DNA from: Flavobacteriales bacterium
Lineage (GTDB): Bacteria > Bacteroidota > Bacteroidia > Flavobacteriales_D > UBA2798
Reading direction: 5' to 3'
NCBI GenBank assembly: GCA_037443205.1
Contig: JBBIOU010000003.1
Location: 71,309 to 135,308, forward strand
Length of the DNA stretch: 64,000 nucleotides
Shown here: piece after piece, positions 1 through 8,756 of the stretch
Layout: every line of letters starts with the position of its first letter
How positions within the stretch are numbered: position 1 is the stretch's first letter
Translations under genes and position numbers: made by a program
The notes under the pieces: generated by a model
Databases searched by the model: none
What the model was told of the DNA's origin: nothing
Seen by the model: only the letters and a program-made list of their open reading frames with translations

Positions 1-142
1 GAGTTGTTCGCGATTTTTCTAATTGCAGTTGCTTGTTGGTTCTTTCTTGCTCTGTTTGAGTGCTAGAATTGTTTATTTGTTGAGCCTGAGCAAAAGCAAG
101 CATACCTGACAAAAATGATATGCTAAGTAAAATTTTTTTCAT
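1..142 (-). CDS. partial CDS (N-terminal 47 codons; continues past window start): secreted hypothetical protein
   Basis: Minus-strand ATG at 142-140 opens MKKILLSISFLSGMLAFAQAQQINN..., a classic signal peptide. The frame stays open to position 1. Confidence 0.5.
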   Translation of the reverse strand, partial: MKKILLSISFLSGMLAFAQAQQINNSSTQTEQERTNKQLQLEKSRTT

Positions 143-166
143 ATCAATCTGATTTTTTAATTTTTA

Positions 167-174
167 CAAATATA
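167..174 (-). promoter_or_regulatory. Bacteroidota-type -7 promoter box TATATTTG (TAnnTTTG)
   Basis: Plus strand reads CAAATATA. The box lies 24 nt upstream of the ATG at 142. Confidence 0.4.
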
Positions 175-228
175 ATAAATAATTGTATCGTACAGATAAT
201 CTGTATAAAATTTAACGCAAAAATTTTG

Positions 229-2007
229 TCAGAAAATGTTATAGTAACAGGAGAGAATTGCTATACAGACGATTGCATAAATAAGCGAAAGAGGCCAGCC
301 GATTTTAACATAATCTTTAAACCTGTAACCTCCGGGCCCATATACCATTAAGTTGGTTTGATATCCGTATGGAGTAATAAATTCTGCCGAGCCTGCAAAT
401 GCGATGGCAAGCACATAGGGTGTTGGGTCTGAAATAGCACTCATTTTAACTGCGGCCATGGTAATAGGAAACATAATGGCTACTCCGGCTTTGTTAGTAA
501 CCAACATAGATAAAACATTGGTAAATACGTAGGCGCCAATTAACAGCAGCAAAGGAGTATTAAATGCATGGATAAAATAATTTCCGATAAGGTCGGCAGT
601 ATTACTTTTATCTATGGCTTTGCCAATACTTAAAGACAGGGTAAGTATCAGAAATAAATCAACATCAAAACTCTTTTTTAAGTCACTGAATTTAATTACC
701 TTTATCATACCTATAATTGCCATAAGCCATATAAGTGCATGAAACAAGGATATGTATCCTAAGGCCGATGAAATAAAAGCAGCAAGTGTACCCAGTAAAA
801 TAATCGATGTTTTCCAAAGAGGGAGTTGATGCAATTGTTTAATTTGTGATATGATATAATAATCCTGAGCTTGCTCGCTGTTGTGTTTAAAATTGTTGCC
901 TGCCAGTAACAAAAGCAGGTCGCCTGCTTTTAAAACAACTTCACCTATTTTTCCATTCAGTTTTTCGCCCTTGCGATTAATAGCAACTACTGCAGCATCG
1001 TATTTCGCACGAAAATTACTTTCTTTTATTTTTTTTCCTTCCAGATCGGAGTTGGCAGAAATAACTACTTCGACTACATCAAGTTTTTCCTGCTTGGGTA
1101 AATAGGTTTTATCAGGTAACGAAAGTCCGTTATCGGCCTGAATAAGTTCTATAATGGTTTGTGTTTCTCCGGCAAATATCAGTTTATCGTTTTCTAAAAT
1201 AATATCTTTGGGCGAAACCGGAAAAAGTTTAGCGTTTTTGCGTACAATTTCTACCAAAAATAATCCTTGTAAATTTCTTAATCCTGCCTGCTGAACAGTT
1301 TTATTAATAAGTTTAGAATCTTTTTTTACAATGGTTTCTACTAAAAATTCGCGTGTTTGTTCGCTGAAATTTGTTAATGCATCTTTTCTGTCGGGTAATA
1401 ATTTCCATCCGGCAATAATTAAAAAAATAAGACCTGTAAATGCCAGGGGAATACCCACCATACTAAAGTCGAACATTTTTAAACTTTCATGTCCGCTGTC
1501 TGTATAAAAACTATTTACCACCAAATTGGTAGAAGTTCCTACCAAGGTGATTGTACCACCCAGCATAGTTGCATAAGAAAGTGGTATAAGTACCTTAGAA
1601 GGTGATATGTTTTTTTGTTTTGCCCAGTTATATACATAGGGCATTAATATAGCTACCAGGGGGGTGTTATTTACAAACGCTGATACAGGGGCCACGCTAA
1701 AACCCATGCGTGCTATAAAATTTTTATATCCTATTTTTTGATTAAAATATTTATAAAATAATGAATCTATTAAGTTAGCTCTTTGAATAACCGAACTTAA
1801 AAACAGAATCAAAAAGATTACCGCTATTTGTTCGTTAGAAAAACCGCTTAAAAGATCTTTGGCATCAATAATTCCTGCTGTCAGAAAAACTAAATTAACC
1901 AATATAAATACCTGGGTAGCCGGCAGCAAATCTTTAAATAATACCCATACCATTAGAATAATGGTAAACAATACTATGAGTTGGTATATATCAGGCATGA
2001 GTATCAC
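229..2007 (-). CDS. SLC13/DASS-family permease with two internal TrkA-C (RCK_C) domains
   Basis: 592-aa polytopic membrane protein. A soluble central region shows the duplicated TrkA-C pattern (..GKTVQQAGLR..LVEIVR.. and ..GKKIKESNFRAKYDAAVVAINR..), flanked by transporter halves. Confidence 0.8.
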   Translation of the reverse strand: MILMPDIYQLIVLFTIILMVWVLFKDLLPATQVFILVNLVFLTAGIIDAKDLLSGFSNEQIAVIFLILFLSSVIQRANLIDSLFYKYFNQKIGYKNFIARMGFSVAPVSAFVNNTPLVAILMPYVYNWAKQKNISPSKVLIPLSYATMLGGTITLVGTSTNLVVNSFYTDSGHESLKMFDFSMVGIPLAFTGLIFLIIAGWKLLPDRKDALTNFSEQTREFLVETIVKKDSKLINKTVQQAGLRNLQGLFLVEIVRKNAKLFPVSPKDIILENDKLIFAGETQTIIELIQADNGLSLPDKTYLPKQEKLDVVEVVISANSDLEGKKIKESNFRAKYDAAVVAINRKGEKLNGKIGEVVLKAGDLLLLLAGNNFKHNSEQAQDYYIISQIKQLHQLPLWKTSIILLGTLAAFISSALGYISLFHALIWLMAIIGMIKVIKFSDLKKSFDVDLFLILTLSLSIGKAIDKSNTADLIGNYFIHAFNTPLLLLIGAYVFTNVLSMLVTNKAGVAIMFPITMAAVKMSAISDPTPYVLAIAFAGSAEFITPYGYQTNLMVYGPGGYRFKDYVKIGWPLSLIYAIVCIAILSCYYNIF

Positions 2008-2046
2008 AAAGAAAACAAAAAAAACAAATGTAAATCCGAAGGAAAT

Positions 2047-2610
2047 TTATTTTACTTTGAAATATACCGTTTTGTTATCGTAAAGCAGTTTGTATTTGCC
2101 GGGATTAAGTTCTTTTTTATTGATACAGCAATTAATGGCTTTCTTAATCAATATTCCTTCATGGGTATATAATCTGTATTCGGTAATTTTTGAGAGTATC
2201 ACTTCGTGTTTTTTATCAAAATGTTTTACTTCGTTTGCTTTATTATAAAAACTTACCGACTGAGAATACACCGGGAACTGTGTGTCGCTTTCCATTTTAA
2301 TACGAAATCTGTTTAAACCCGAATGCATGGTTTCTATGGTTGCAAAAAAATCACAGGTGTCTTTATCGCAATCTGATTCCAGGGTTTTTACCGGTTCCCA
2401 ATTGTTCCAGCGTAACTGTTCTATAGTGTACAGGTTTTTTTTGGAACCGTTAATGATTCTAAATGCTACTGTGTTATTATTTTTAATTTCAATATTACTG
2501 AATGAAAAAAGCTTTTTACCTCCCGTATCTGTATGGATATAGGCATAAAAACTAAGTGCCAGTATGTAGTTAAAAATATTCACATCAATAAAATCGCACA
2601 AAAATAGCAT
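2047..2610 (-). CDS. hypothetical membrane-anchored protein
   Basis: 187-aa ORF directly upstream of and co-oriented with the permease. It has a hydrophobic N-terminus and no family I recognise. Confidence 0.45.
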   Translation of the reverse strand: MLFLCDFIDVNIFNYILALSFYAYIHTDTGGKKLFSFSNIEIKNNNTVAFRIINGSKKNLYTIEQLRWNNWEPVKTLESDCDKDTCDFFATIETMHSGLNRFRIKMESDTQFPVYSQSVSFYNKANEVKHFDKKHEVILSKITEYRLYTHEGILIKKAINCCINKKELNPGKYKLLYDNKTVYFKVK

Positions 2611-2707
2611 GTTTACAGATAATATTGGGGTTTGCTAAACATCGAGAAATGAACATATAGCCTGTTAATAATGGGATATTTAATAGAGCGACTTATTTTT
2701 ATTAGAT

Positions 2708-3292
2708 TTGCATTTTATGCAAGTATCATATATAAAGCAATTAGATACAGAGCTGTTTTTTTTTATTAACCGCTTGCATCACCCGATATTAGACTCTTTT
2801 TTTGAATTAGTAAGTTTACCTTATACATGGATTCCGTTTTACCTGGTTATAATTTATTTATTGTATAAAAATTATTCATTTACTGTTTTTTTATACATAT
2901 TGCTATCTTTCGGAGTTTTAATTTTACTCAGCGACAAAGGTTCGGTATTGATATTTAAAAACACTGTAATGCGCTACAGGCCTTGTCATAATTTAGAATT
3001 TGGCCATCTGGTATATTTGGTAAATAATAAATGCGGAGGCAAATATGGGTTTGTTTCTTCGCATGCAGCTAATTTTTTTGCACTGGCAACATTAATTCAT
3101 TTATTTTTAAAGAGGTTTTATAAAAATATTGGCCTGGTAACTTTTTTTGCAGCCATTTTGGTTTCATACAGCAGAATATATCTGGGCGTACATTATCCGC
3201 TGGATGTAATGGTTGGCGGTTTATATGGCATTATAACGGCTATTGTAGTATTTTTGGTGTTTAAAAAAATTGTGCCGATAAAAAATAATTAA
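2708..3292 (+). CDS. PAP2-family lipid phosphatase
   Basis: Contains the three PAP2 motifs: K-x6-RP (KNTVMRYRP), SSH (FVSSHAAN) and SR-x5-H-x3-D (SRIYLGVHYPLD). The true start is probably the ATG at 2717, because a TAGATTTG box occupies 2703-2710. Confidence 0.85.
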   Translation: MHFMQVSYIKQLDTELFFFINRLHHPILDSFFELVSLPYTWIPFYLVIIYLLYKNYSFTVFLYILLSFGVLILLSDKGSVLIFKNTVMRYRPCHNLEFGHLVYLVNNKCGGKYGFVSSHAANFFALATLIHLFLKRFYKNIGLVTFFAAILVSYSRIYLGVHYPLDVMVGGLYGIITAIVVFLVFKKIVPIKNN

Positions 3293-3293
3293 T

Positions 3294-3656
3294 ATGATAA
3301 ATATATTTTGGGTTTTTATAGGCGGTGGCTTAGGCAGTATTTTGCGCTACGGCATATCGCTGTTGCTAAATACTTCCGACAGGGCTTTCCCTTGGGCTAC
3401 ATTAACCTCTAATATGCTGGCCAGTTTGATGCTTGCACTTTTTGTTTTATATTTTAAAGACAAATATACGGGATTATCATTGTTTTTAATTACCGGATTT
3501 TGCGGAGGTTTTAGCACCTTTAGTACCTTTAGCTACGAAACCATACAACTGATACAACAATCAAACTATCTGATGGCCGGATTAAACATAATTGTAAGTA
3601 TGCTTAGTTGTTTGTTAATAGTTTATACATTGTTTAAAACAGTTCCTCAACATTAA
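3294..3656 (+). CDS. crcB: fluoride ion channel CrcB/FluC
   Basis: 120 aa with four TM segments. Shows GGGLGSILRY and GFCGGFSTFSTF signature stretches. Confidence 0.9.
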   Translation: MINIFWVFIGGGLGSILRYGISLLLNTSDRAFPWATLTSNMLASLMLALFVLYFKDKYTGLSLFLITGFCGGFSTFSTFSYETIQLIQQSNYLMAGLNIIVSMLSCLLIVYTLFKTVPQH

Positions 3657-3660
3657 TATT

Positions 3661-4362
3661 TTGAAACCGTTAGTTTTTATTGCCGAAGATGAAGAAACGC
3701 TGCGCGATTTAATCGTGTTAAACTTAGAATTGGAAGGTTATGAAGTAAAATCAGTAACAAACGGAAAAGACGCAATAAATTTACTGAATCATATTCAACC
3801 CGATTTAATTATTCTAGATGTGATGTTGCCCCACCTAAGTGGTTTTGACGTATGTAAACAATATCGCATAAAAAACAGTAAAACTCCGGTTTTATTTTTA
3901 ACTGCAAAAGCATCCGCATCTGATAGGGTAAATGGTTTAAAGTTAGGTGCTGATGATTACCTTACAAAACCTTTTAATCTGGAGGAATTACTTTTAAGGG
4001 TAAAAAAATTAATTCAAAGAACTTCCGGTAATGATACTCTAAATACATCGCATTACGAGTTTGCCGATTATTTGATAAATTTTAATACTTATGAAATATA
4101 CCAGGGACAAAAAAAGTTATACGATTTAAGTAAACGAGAATCTAAATTGCTAAGGTTGCTCACCGAAAAAGCAAATCAGGTTGTATCACGCGAAGAGATT
4201 TTAGATAAGGTATGGGGAGAGGAGGCTTATCCTACATCGCGAACCATAGATAATTTTATACTGGCATTCAGAAAATATTTTAAAGATAACCCCAGATCGC
4301 CCAGATATTTTCACTCCATCCGGGGGATAGGGTATAAATTTACCCCACATAAACAGGTATAA
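3661..4362 (+). CDS. OmpR/PhoB-family response regulator (receiver + winged helix)
   Basis: Receiver motifs are present (DE..., DLIILDVMLP, KP). The C-terminal trans_reg_C end reads ...IRGIGYKF. TTG start. Confidence 0.9.
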   Translation: MKPLVFIAEDEETLRDLIVLNLELEGYEVKSVTNGKDAINLLNHIQPDLIILDVMLPHLSGFDVCKQYRIKNSKTPVLFLTAKASASDRVNGLKLGADDYLTKPFNLEELLLRVKKLIQRTSGNDTLNTSHYEFADYLINFNTYEIYQGQKKLYDLSKRESKLLRLLTEKANQVVSREEILDKVWGEEAYPTSRTIDNFILAFRKYFKDNPRSPRYFHSIRGIGYKFTPHKQV

Positions 4363-4560
4363 AATACTCTGCTGTGCATACCATATAACCGTTGCTTATG
4401 GCCAATCGGCCGTAGTATAAGGCATAGAAAGAAATTCATAAAATTTGTAAAAAATTATTGTTTGATAAGCAACCAATAGGCATGCATAACGTCTTATATA
4501 CAGAATCAGGCAGATTTGCTACCTCCCGGTTCTAACTGGTTTTATTTTTCTTGCAGGTTT

Positions 4561-4623
4561 AAACCGGAAAAGAGTTTCCTCCTCACAACCACCTCCTCAA
4601 CTCTTTTCCGGTTTTTTGTTTTT
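4561..4623 (+). terminator. strong intrinsic terminator (16-bp perfect stem, 22-nt CU-rich loop, T-run)
   Basis: AAACCGGAAAAGAGTT (4561-4576) pairs with AACTCTTTTCCGGTTT (4599-4614), followed by TTTGTTTTT. Confidence 0.7.
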
Positions 4624-4640
4624 AACAATTCGTCAGGTTT

Positions 4641-6257
4641 TTATACTTCTTTCGGGTTAGCTCTTTTACCCATAAGCCATTTGCTTAGCGTATAAATACA
4701 CAGCAGTAATGCGGGCAGGAGGCTTATACGACCAATTATATCCCCGTTTTTAGCATAAAAAGAAATTTCGTTATTGGCATATAATGTTTGTTTAAGCGCT
4801 ACCGGTTTCCACCAGGGTGATTGTTCAATAATATCGCCCCGTTGGTTAATAAAACATGATATACCTGTATTAGCGCAGCGTGCTATAGATCTTCTGTTTT
4901 CGATGGCTCTGAGTCGCGCATATGCCATGTGTTGTTTATAGCCCGGGGTGTTTCCCCACCATCCGTCATTGGTTATAATAAACAACATATTAGCCCCTTT
5001 TCTGATGAATTGAGTGATAAAATCGCCATAAACTGATTCGTAACAAATAAAAGGCGTTACTATAATGTCAGAATTTACAGCAGAAGTAAAATTCATGGGC
5101 TTATCTTGTATAGCCAGCGAGCCTGATGTGCCGCCCAGATTGAGCGCCAATTTTTCAAGAAAGGGTAAAAACTGTGCAAAAGGAACCTTTTCTACCCCAA
5201 GCACCAGTTGCATTTTATGATAAATCAATGCCGGTTGTTTTTTTGATAATTGTATTGACGAATTATAATGTGCGTAATAAATATCTTTCTCTAAGTGTTT
5301 TACTGCATGGGGCATTTTTTCTCCACTTTTAAAAAAACGATGACTCGACATACCTGTTATCAAACGCAATTGAGGATAGTGTTCTAAAAAACGTCTAAGC
5401 ATAATTATTTCTTCCTGTTGCTCTAAATTATTTTCGGGGATGGAATATGGTAAGGCGGTTTCGGGACCTAACAAAAAATCTGTTTTATCATCTACCACTG
5501 TGCTTGCAAGGCTAAGAAAAATATCCATCTGCTGCGTTGCACTTAAATTGCTAAATTTATCGTTGTAAGGGTCAATATTAGGTTGTACCATGGCTACCGA
5601 AACAGACCTGCCTTTATCGGTACAACTATTATATATAAACAGAGATATCAAACCCGGTACAATAAATAATAATGCAAGACCTGTAAGGTTTTTGATGATG
5701 GATTTAAAATTTTTTTTGGTGAGGATGTATTTTTTTAAGGTAATAAAAATCGTTATATTAATGAGCAGTATCCAAAGCGTACCACCACTAACTCCTGTGT
5801 ACTCATACCACTGTATCCATTTTATATCGTTTGCAAAAACATTGCCCAAACTAAGCCAGGGCCAAGACAACTCCCATATATAATGCAAATATTCAAACGA
5901 CAACCAATATACTACCAGGGCAATATATCCTTCCTTTACACCAACCCTGCGTTTGGTAACATGAAAAAACCACACCGGTATTGCCATCAACAAAGCGTTT
6001 AGCAGTATTGCCATAGCGGCCCCTTCGGGCGAAGCAAGATAAATCCACCAGGTTGTGCAAAGATTAAAAATTAAAAAAACTAAATACGATAAAAAAAATA
6101 CCTTAATAGGGCGATATGATTTTTCATAGATATAATTTTCGGCAAATAAAAGAGGTACCCAGGCACAAAATATCAGGGGACTTATATTTCGTATATACGG
6201 CCACGATAAAGAAAACAATATTCCCGATGCTGTGGCTAAGAAAATAGATTTTTTCAA
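4641..6257 (-). CDS. lnt: apolipoprotein N-acyltransferase
   Basis: 538 aa. The N-terminal polytopic domain is followed by a CN-hydrolase domain (..LLGPETALPY.., ..ICYESVYGDF..). TTG start. Confidence 0.9.
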   Translation of the reverse strand: MKKSIFLATASGILFSLSWPYIRNISPLIFCAWVPLLFAENYIYEKSYRPIKVFFLSYLVFLIFNLCTTWWIYLASPEGAAMAILLNALLMAIPVWFFHVTKRRVGVKEGYIALVVYWLSFEYLHYIWELSWPWLSLGNVFANDIKWIQWYEYTGVSGGTLWILLINITIFITLKKYILTKKNFKSIIKNLTGLALLFIVPGLISLFIYNSCTDKGRSVSVAMVQPNIDPYNDKFSNLSATQQMDIFLSLASTVVDDKTDFLLGPETALPYSIPENNLEQQEEIIMLRRFLEHYPQLRLITGMSSHRFFKSGEKMPHAVKHLEKDIYYAHYNSSIQLSKKQPALIYHKMQLVLGVEKVPFAQFLPFLEKLALNLGGTSGSLAIQDKPMNFTSAVNSDIIVTPFICYESVYGDFITQFIRKGANMLFIITNDGWWGNTPGYKQHMAYARLRAIENRRSIARCANTGISCFINQRGDIIEQSPWWKPVALKQTLYANNEISFYAKNGDIIGRISLLPALLLCIYTLSKWLMGKRANPKEV

Positions 6258-6271
6258 AACTTTGTTTTTGG

Positions 6272-6279
6272 CAAAGATA
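6272..6279 (-). promoter_or_regulatory. -7 promoter box TATCTTTG upstream of lnt
   Basis: Plus strand reads CAAAGATA. The box lies 14 nt upstream of the lnt TTG start. Confidence 0.45.
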
Positions 6280-6284
6280 AAATT

Positions 6285-6529
6285 AACCCAAATTCTGCGT
6301 TAGATATTTGACAAAGTTCAAAATTTTTTTGCCAGTGGCAGATTGAATGTGTTAGGGGTGGCATTGCATTCAGATTATTATACTATCTTAACCCACATTA
6401 CGCATTAGCATGCGTAATGCTCGCCTGATGGCGGATAACCCAAATCCGAGCCCTTTGCCAAAGCACTCAGTCCGCCACTGGCGGAAAATTTGAAATAAAT
6501 CCAAATTTCTAATGCTGAAGTTTGGGTTT
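6285..6529. repeat. mosaic intergenic repeat, copy 1 (arm - core - inverted arm)
   Basis: 6391-6529 is the near-exact reverse complement of 17883-18020. The core is shared with 13461-13540. 6285-6355 is an imperfect inverted copy of 6465-6529. Confidence 0.85.
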
Positions 6530-7967
6530 AAAAAGGATTGAATTCGTATTCATCTTTGCCTTTTATGGCAGTTTCATAATCAGGGGGCTTAATTAAGTTC
6601 CAGTAATTGGTATCGGTAATTTGTAATTTTCCAAACGATTGCCAATAAGCTTCTTTAGTCATACCATCCCAATGTATGATACCACTTCTATATTGTTTGG
6701 TTTGAAATAAGTTAAATGCAACAAGAAGTAATCCAATAAATGTGGATGTATAAAGTGCAATTTTCGTTTTTTTATTATACAAATTTTGAAAAAATGCTGC
6801 CATAGGAAAAGCCATCAAGGGATAGGAATCTATCATGGCTCTTATACCAAATCCCCCTCCGTACCACCAAGACCACCAGCTAAAAAGAACATATGAGTTT
6901 AAAACAAAGAATATAAATACAGAAGTAAATAAATGCCGATAGTATTTGTATAAATAATAAAACCCCGCGCATGCAAAAATCATTATGGGCGTATATAGCA
7001 ACCATCCTTTTCTGTAGCTGAAAAACCCTTCTAATATATGCGGATTATTAAAATAAAATTTTTCACCAACATATGAGTTAAACAAATAATTACCGGTTAT
7101 ATATTTCCAGTATAATAATTGCGGCAACACTATGGTGATACTCATTATAGCAACTACCAATAAATGTTTCCAGCGATGAGCAAAGTATAATATTTTGGAT
7201 TTAATGTCTTTTAAACTTTTTATATTATATAATAATGGAAAAAGAAAAACAAGTATGTTTACGGGGCGAATCAATATTATAAGTCCGCCTGTTATACCTA
7301 TATAAACAGAAGTAATAATTTTTTCTTCTCGGTGCCATTTTAAACATAAATTAATAAATATACTGTATAACGAAAAATTATAGGCATGCGACATAGCTGC
7401 TTCGGTAGTACTATAGTAAAAAAGGTTTGTGCCAAGCGTAATAAACAAAAGAATTAAAGCGGTGATGTTGTCGTTAAAAAATTGCAGCAATGATTTTCTT
7501 AAAAATATAATACCTATAAACAAATAAAATAAGCACGAAAGATGAATATACTTTTCGTATATTTCGCTAAAACCATCTGCTTCATAATTATTTAGCAGTG
7601 CAATAGTGTGTGCGGTAAAGAAAAAGGGCAAATAAAGTATAGCCATACCCATGGTGGTTTTAATTACTTTACCACCGTTAGGAGCTTTTTCGGGCCAGAA
7701 TTGATGTTTATTGGCATATTCAGCTTCTTTGCCTTGGGTAAAATCAAGTTTTATATCGCGGTGTATGAATATGGCGGGAAGGTAACCGTAATAAGAGGTT
7801 ATATCCCAATCTATCACATTAGTCTCCTTCCAACGTTTAATATTAAAGTTAGTCCATAACAAGGTGATATAAATAACTATTACCGCCCAAGCTGAAATTG
7901 ACTTTATATTACAATGTAGTTTTAACAAAGAAATATATTTTATATTGAACAAATATTTTTGCGACAA
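6528..7967 (-). CDS. GT-C fold integral-membrane glycosyltransferase (ArnT/PMT-like, GT39/GT83-type), putative
   Basis: 479 aa with more than 10 predicted TM helices and an aromatic-rich first loop (..NVIDWDITSYYGYLPA..). It sits immediately downstream of a GT2 polyprenyl-phosphate glycosyltransferase. Confidence 0.6.
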   Translation of the reverse strand: MSQKYLFNIKYISLLKLHCNIKSISAWAVIVIYITLLWTNFNIKRWKETNVIDWDITSYYGYLPAIFIHRDIKLDFTQGKEAEYANKHQFWPEKAPNGGKVIKTTMGMAILYLPFFFTAHTIALLNNYEADGFSEIYEKYIHLSCLFYLFIGIIFLRKSLLQFFNDNITALILLFITLGTNLFYYSTTEAAMSHAYNFSLYSIFINLCLKWHREEKIITSVYIGITGGLIILIRPVNILVFLFPLLYNIKSLKDIKSKILYFAHRWKHLLVVAIMSITIVLPQLLYWKYITGNYLFNSYVGEKFYFNNPHILEGFFSYRKGWLLYTPIMIFACAGFYYLYKYYRHLFTSVFIFFVLNSYVLFSWWSWWYGGGFGIRAMIDSYPLMAFPMAAFFQNLYNKKTKIALYTSTFIGLLLVAFNLFQTKQYRSGIIHWDGMTKEAYWQSFGKLQITDTNYWNLIKPPDYETAIKGKDEYEFNPF

Positions 7968-7989
7968 TGCATTTAATAATCTAAAAGCA

Positions 7990-8715
7990 TTATTTTCTTT
8001 TCCAAATATTATATTTTAATATACACCATATAGCCCTGAAACCGTCTTTCCAGCCAATTTTTTTTCCTTCTTCGTAAGTTCGTCCGTAATAGGAAATACC
8101 TACTTCATAAATTCTTATTCCGGGTACTCGTGCAATTTTGGCTGTTACTTCGGGTTCAAATCCAAATCTTTTTTCGCATAGTTTTATGTTTTGAATAATT
8201 TTGGTATTAAATAGTTTGTAGCAAGTTTCCATATCTGTAAGATTGAGGTTGGTAAACATATTGGAAAGTGCGGTTAAAAATTTATTTCCAATGGTATGCC
8301 AAAAGAAAAGTATCCTGTGGGGATGATGTCCCATAAATCTTGAGCCATACACCACATCGGCAAAGCCTTCTATAACGGGTTTTAGCAACAAATTATACTC
8401 TCGCGGGTCGTATTCCAGGTCGGCATCTTGTATAATAAGGTATTCTCCTGTAGATTTTTCGATTCCTGTGTGTAGGGCTGCGCCCTTGCCTTTGTTTACT
8501 TCGTGTTTGTAATATTGTATGTTTAATTCTTTATTGTGGTTTATGTATCTTAATACAGCTTCTTCGGTATCGTCAGTCGAGCAATCATTTACTATTATTA
8601 TTTCTTTTTGAATGTCATCAGTTAGTTTTACATTTTTTATTTTGTCTAATATTAAATGGATTGTTTTCCCTTCGTTATAAGCCGGAATTACGATAGATAG
8701 TTTATGGATTTTCAT
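7990..8715 (-). CDS. GT2 glycosyltransferase, polyprenyl/dolichyl-phosphate sugar synthase (Dpm1/ArnC/GtrB-like)
   Basis: Shows SIVIPAYNE, NDCSTDDT and QDADLEYDP (DxD) motifs. 241 aa. Confidence 0.88.
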   Translation of the reverse strand: MKIHKLSIVIPAYNEGKTIHLILDKIKNVKLTDDIQKEIIIVNDCSTDDTEEAVLRYINHNKELNIQYYKHEVNKGKGAALHTGIEKSTGEYLIIQDADLEYDPREYNLLLKPVIEGFADVVYGSRFMGHHPHRILFFWHTIGNKFLTALSNMFTNLNLTDMETCYKLFNTKIIQNIKLCEKRFGFEPEVTAKIARVPGIRIYEVGISYYGRTYEEGKKIGWKDGFRAIWCILKYNIWKRK

Positions 8716-8756
8716 TATTTAATATTTGCCGTGCTAAGATACAATATTTAGGTATC

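Noticed and set aside
2611-3293. Looked for a fluoride (crcB-motif) riboswitch upstream of crcB or the PAP2 gene
   Set aside because: No conserved riboswitch-like leader is visible. The crcB ATG is 1 nt after the PAP2 stop, so there is no room for one directly upstream.
4391-4473. 9-bp long-range complementarity (GTTGCTTAT / ATAAGCAAC) and short ORFs (up to about 17 codons) in the 4363-4560 gap
   Set aside because: A single 9-mer pairing in about 260 nt of AT-rich DNA is not clearly above chance, and the ORFs are too short and lack context. Only the terminator hairpin is reported as solid.
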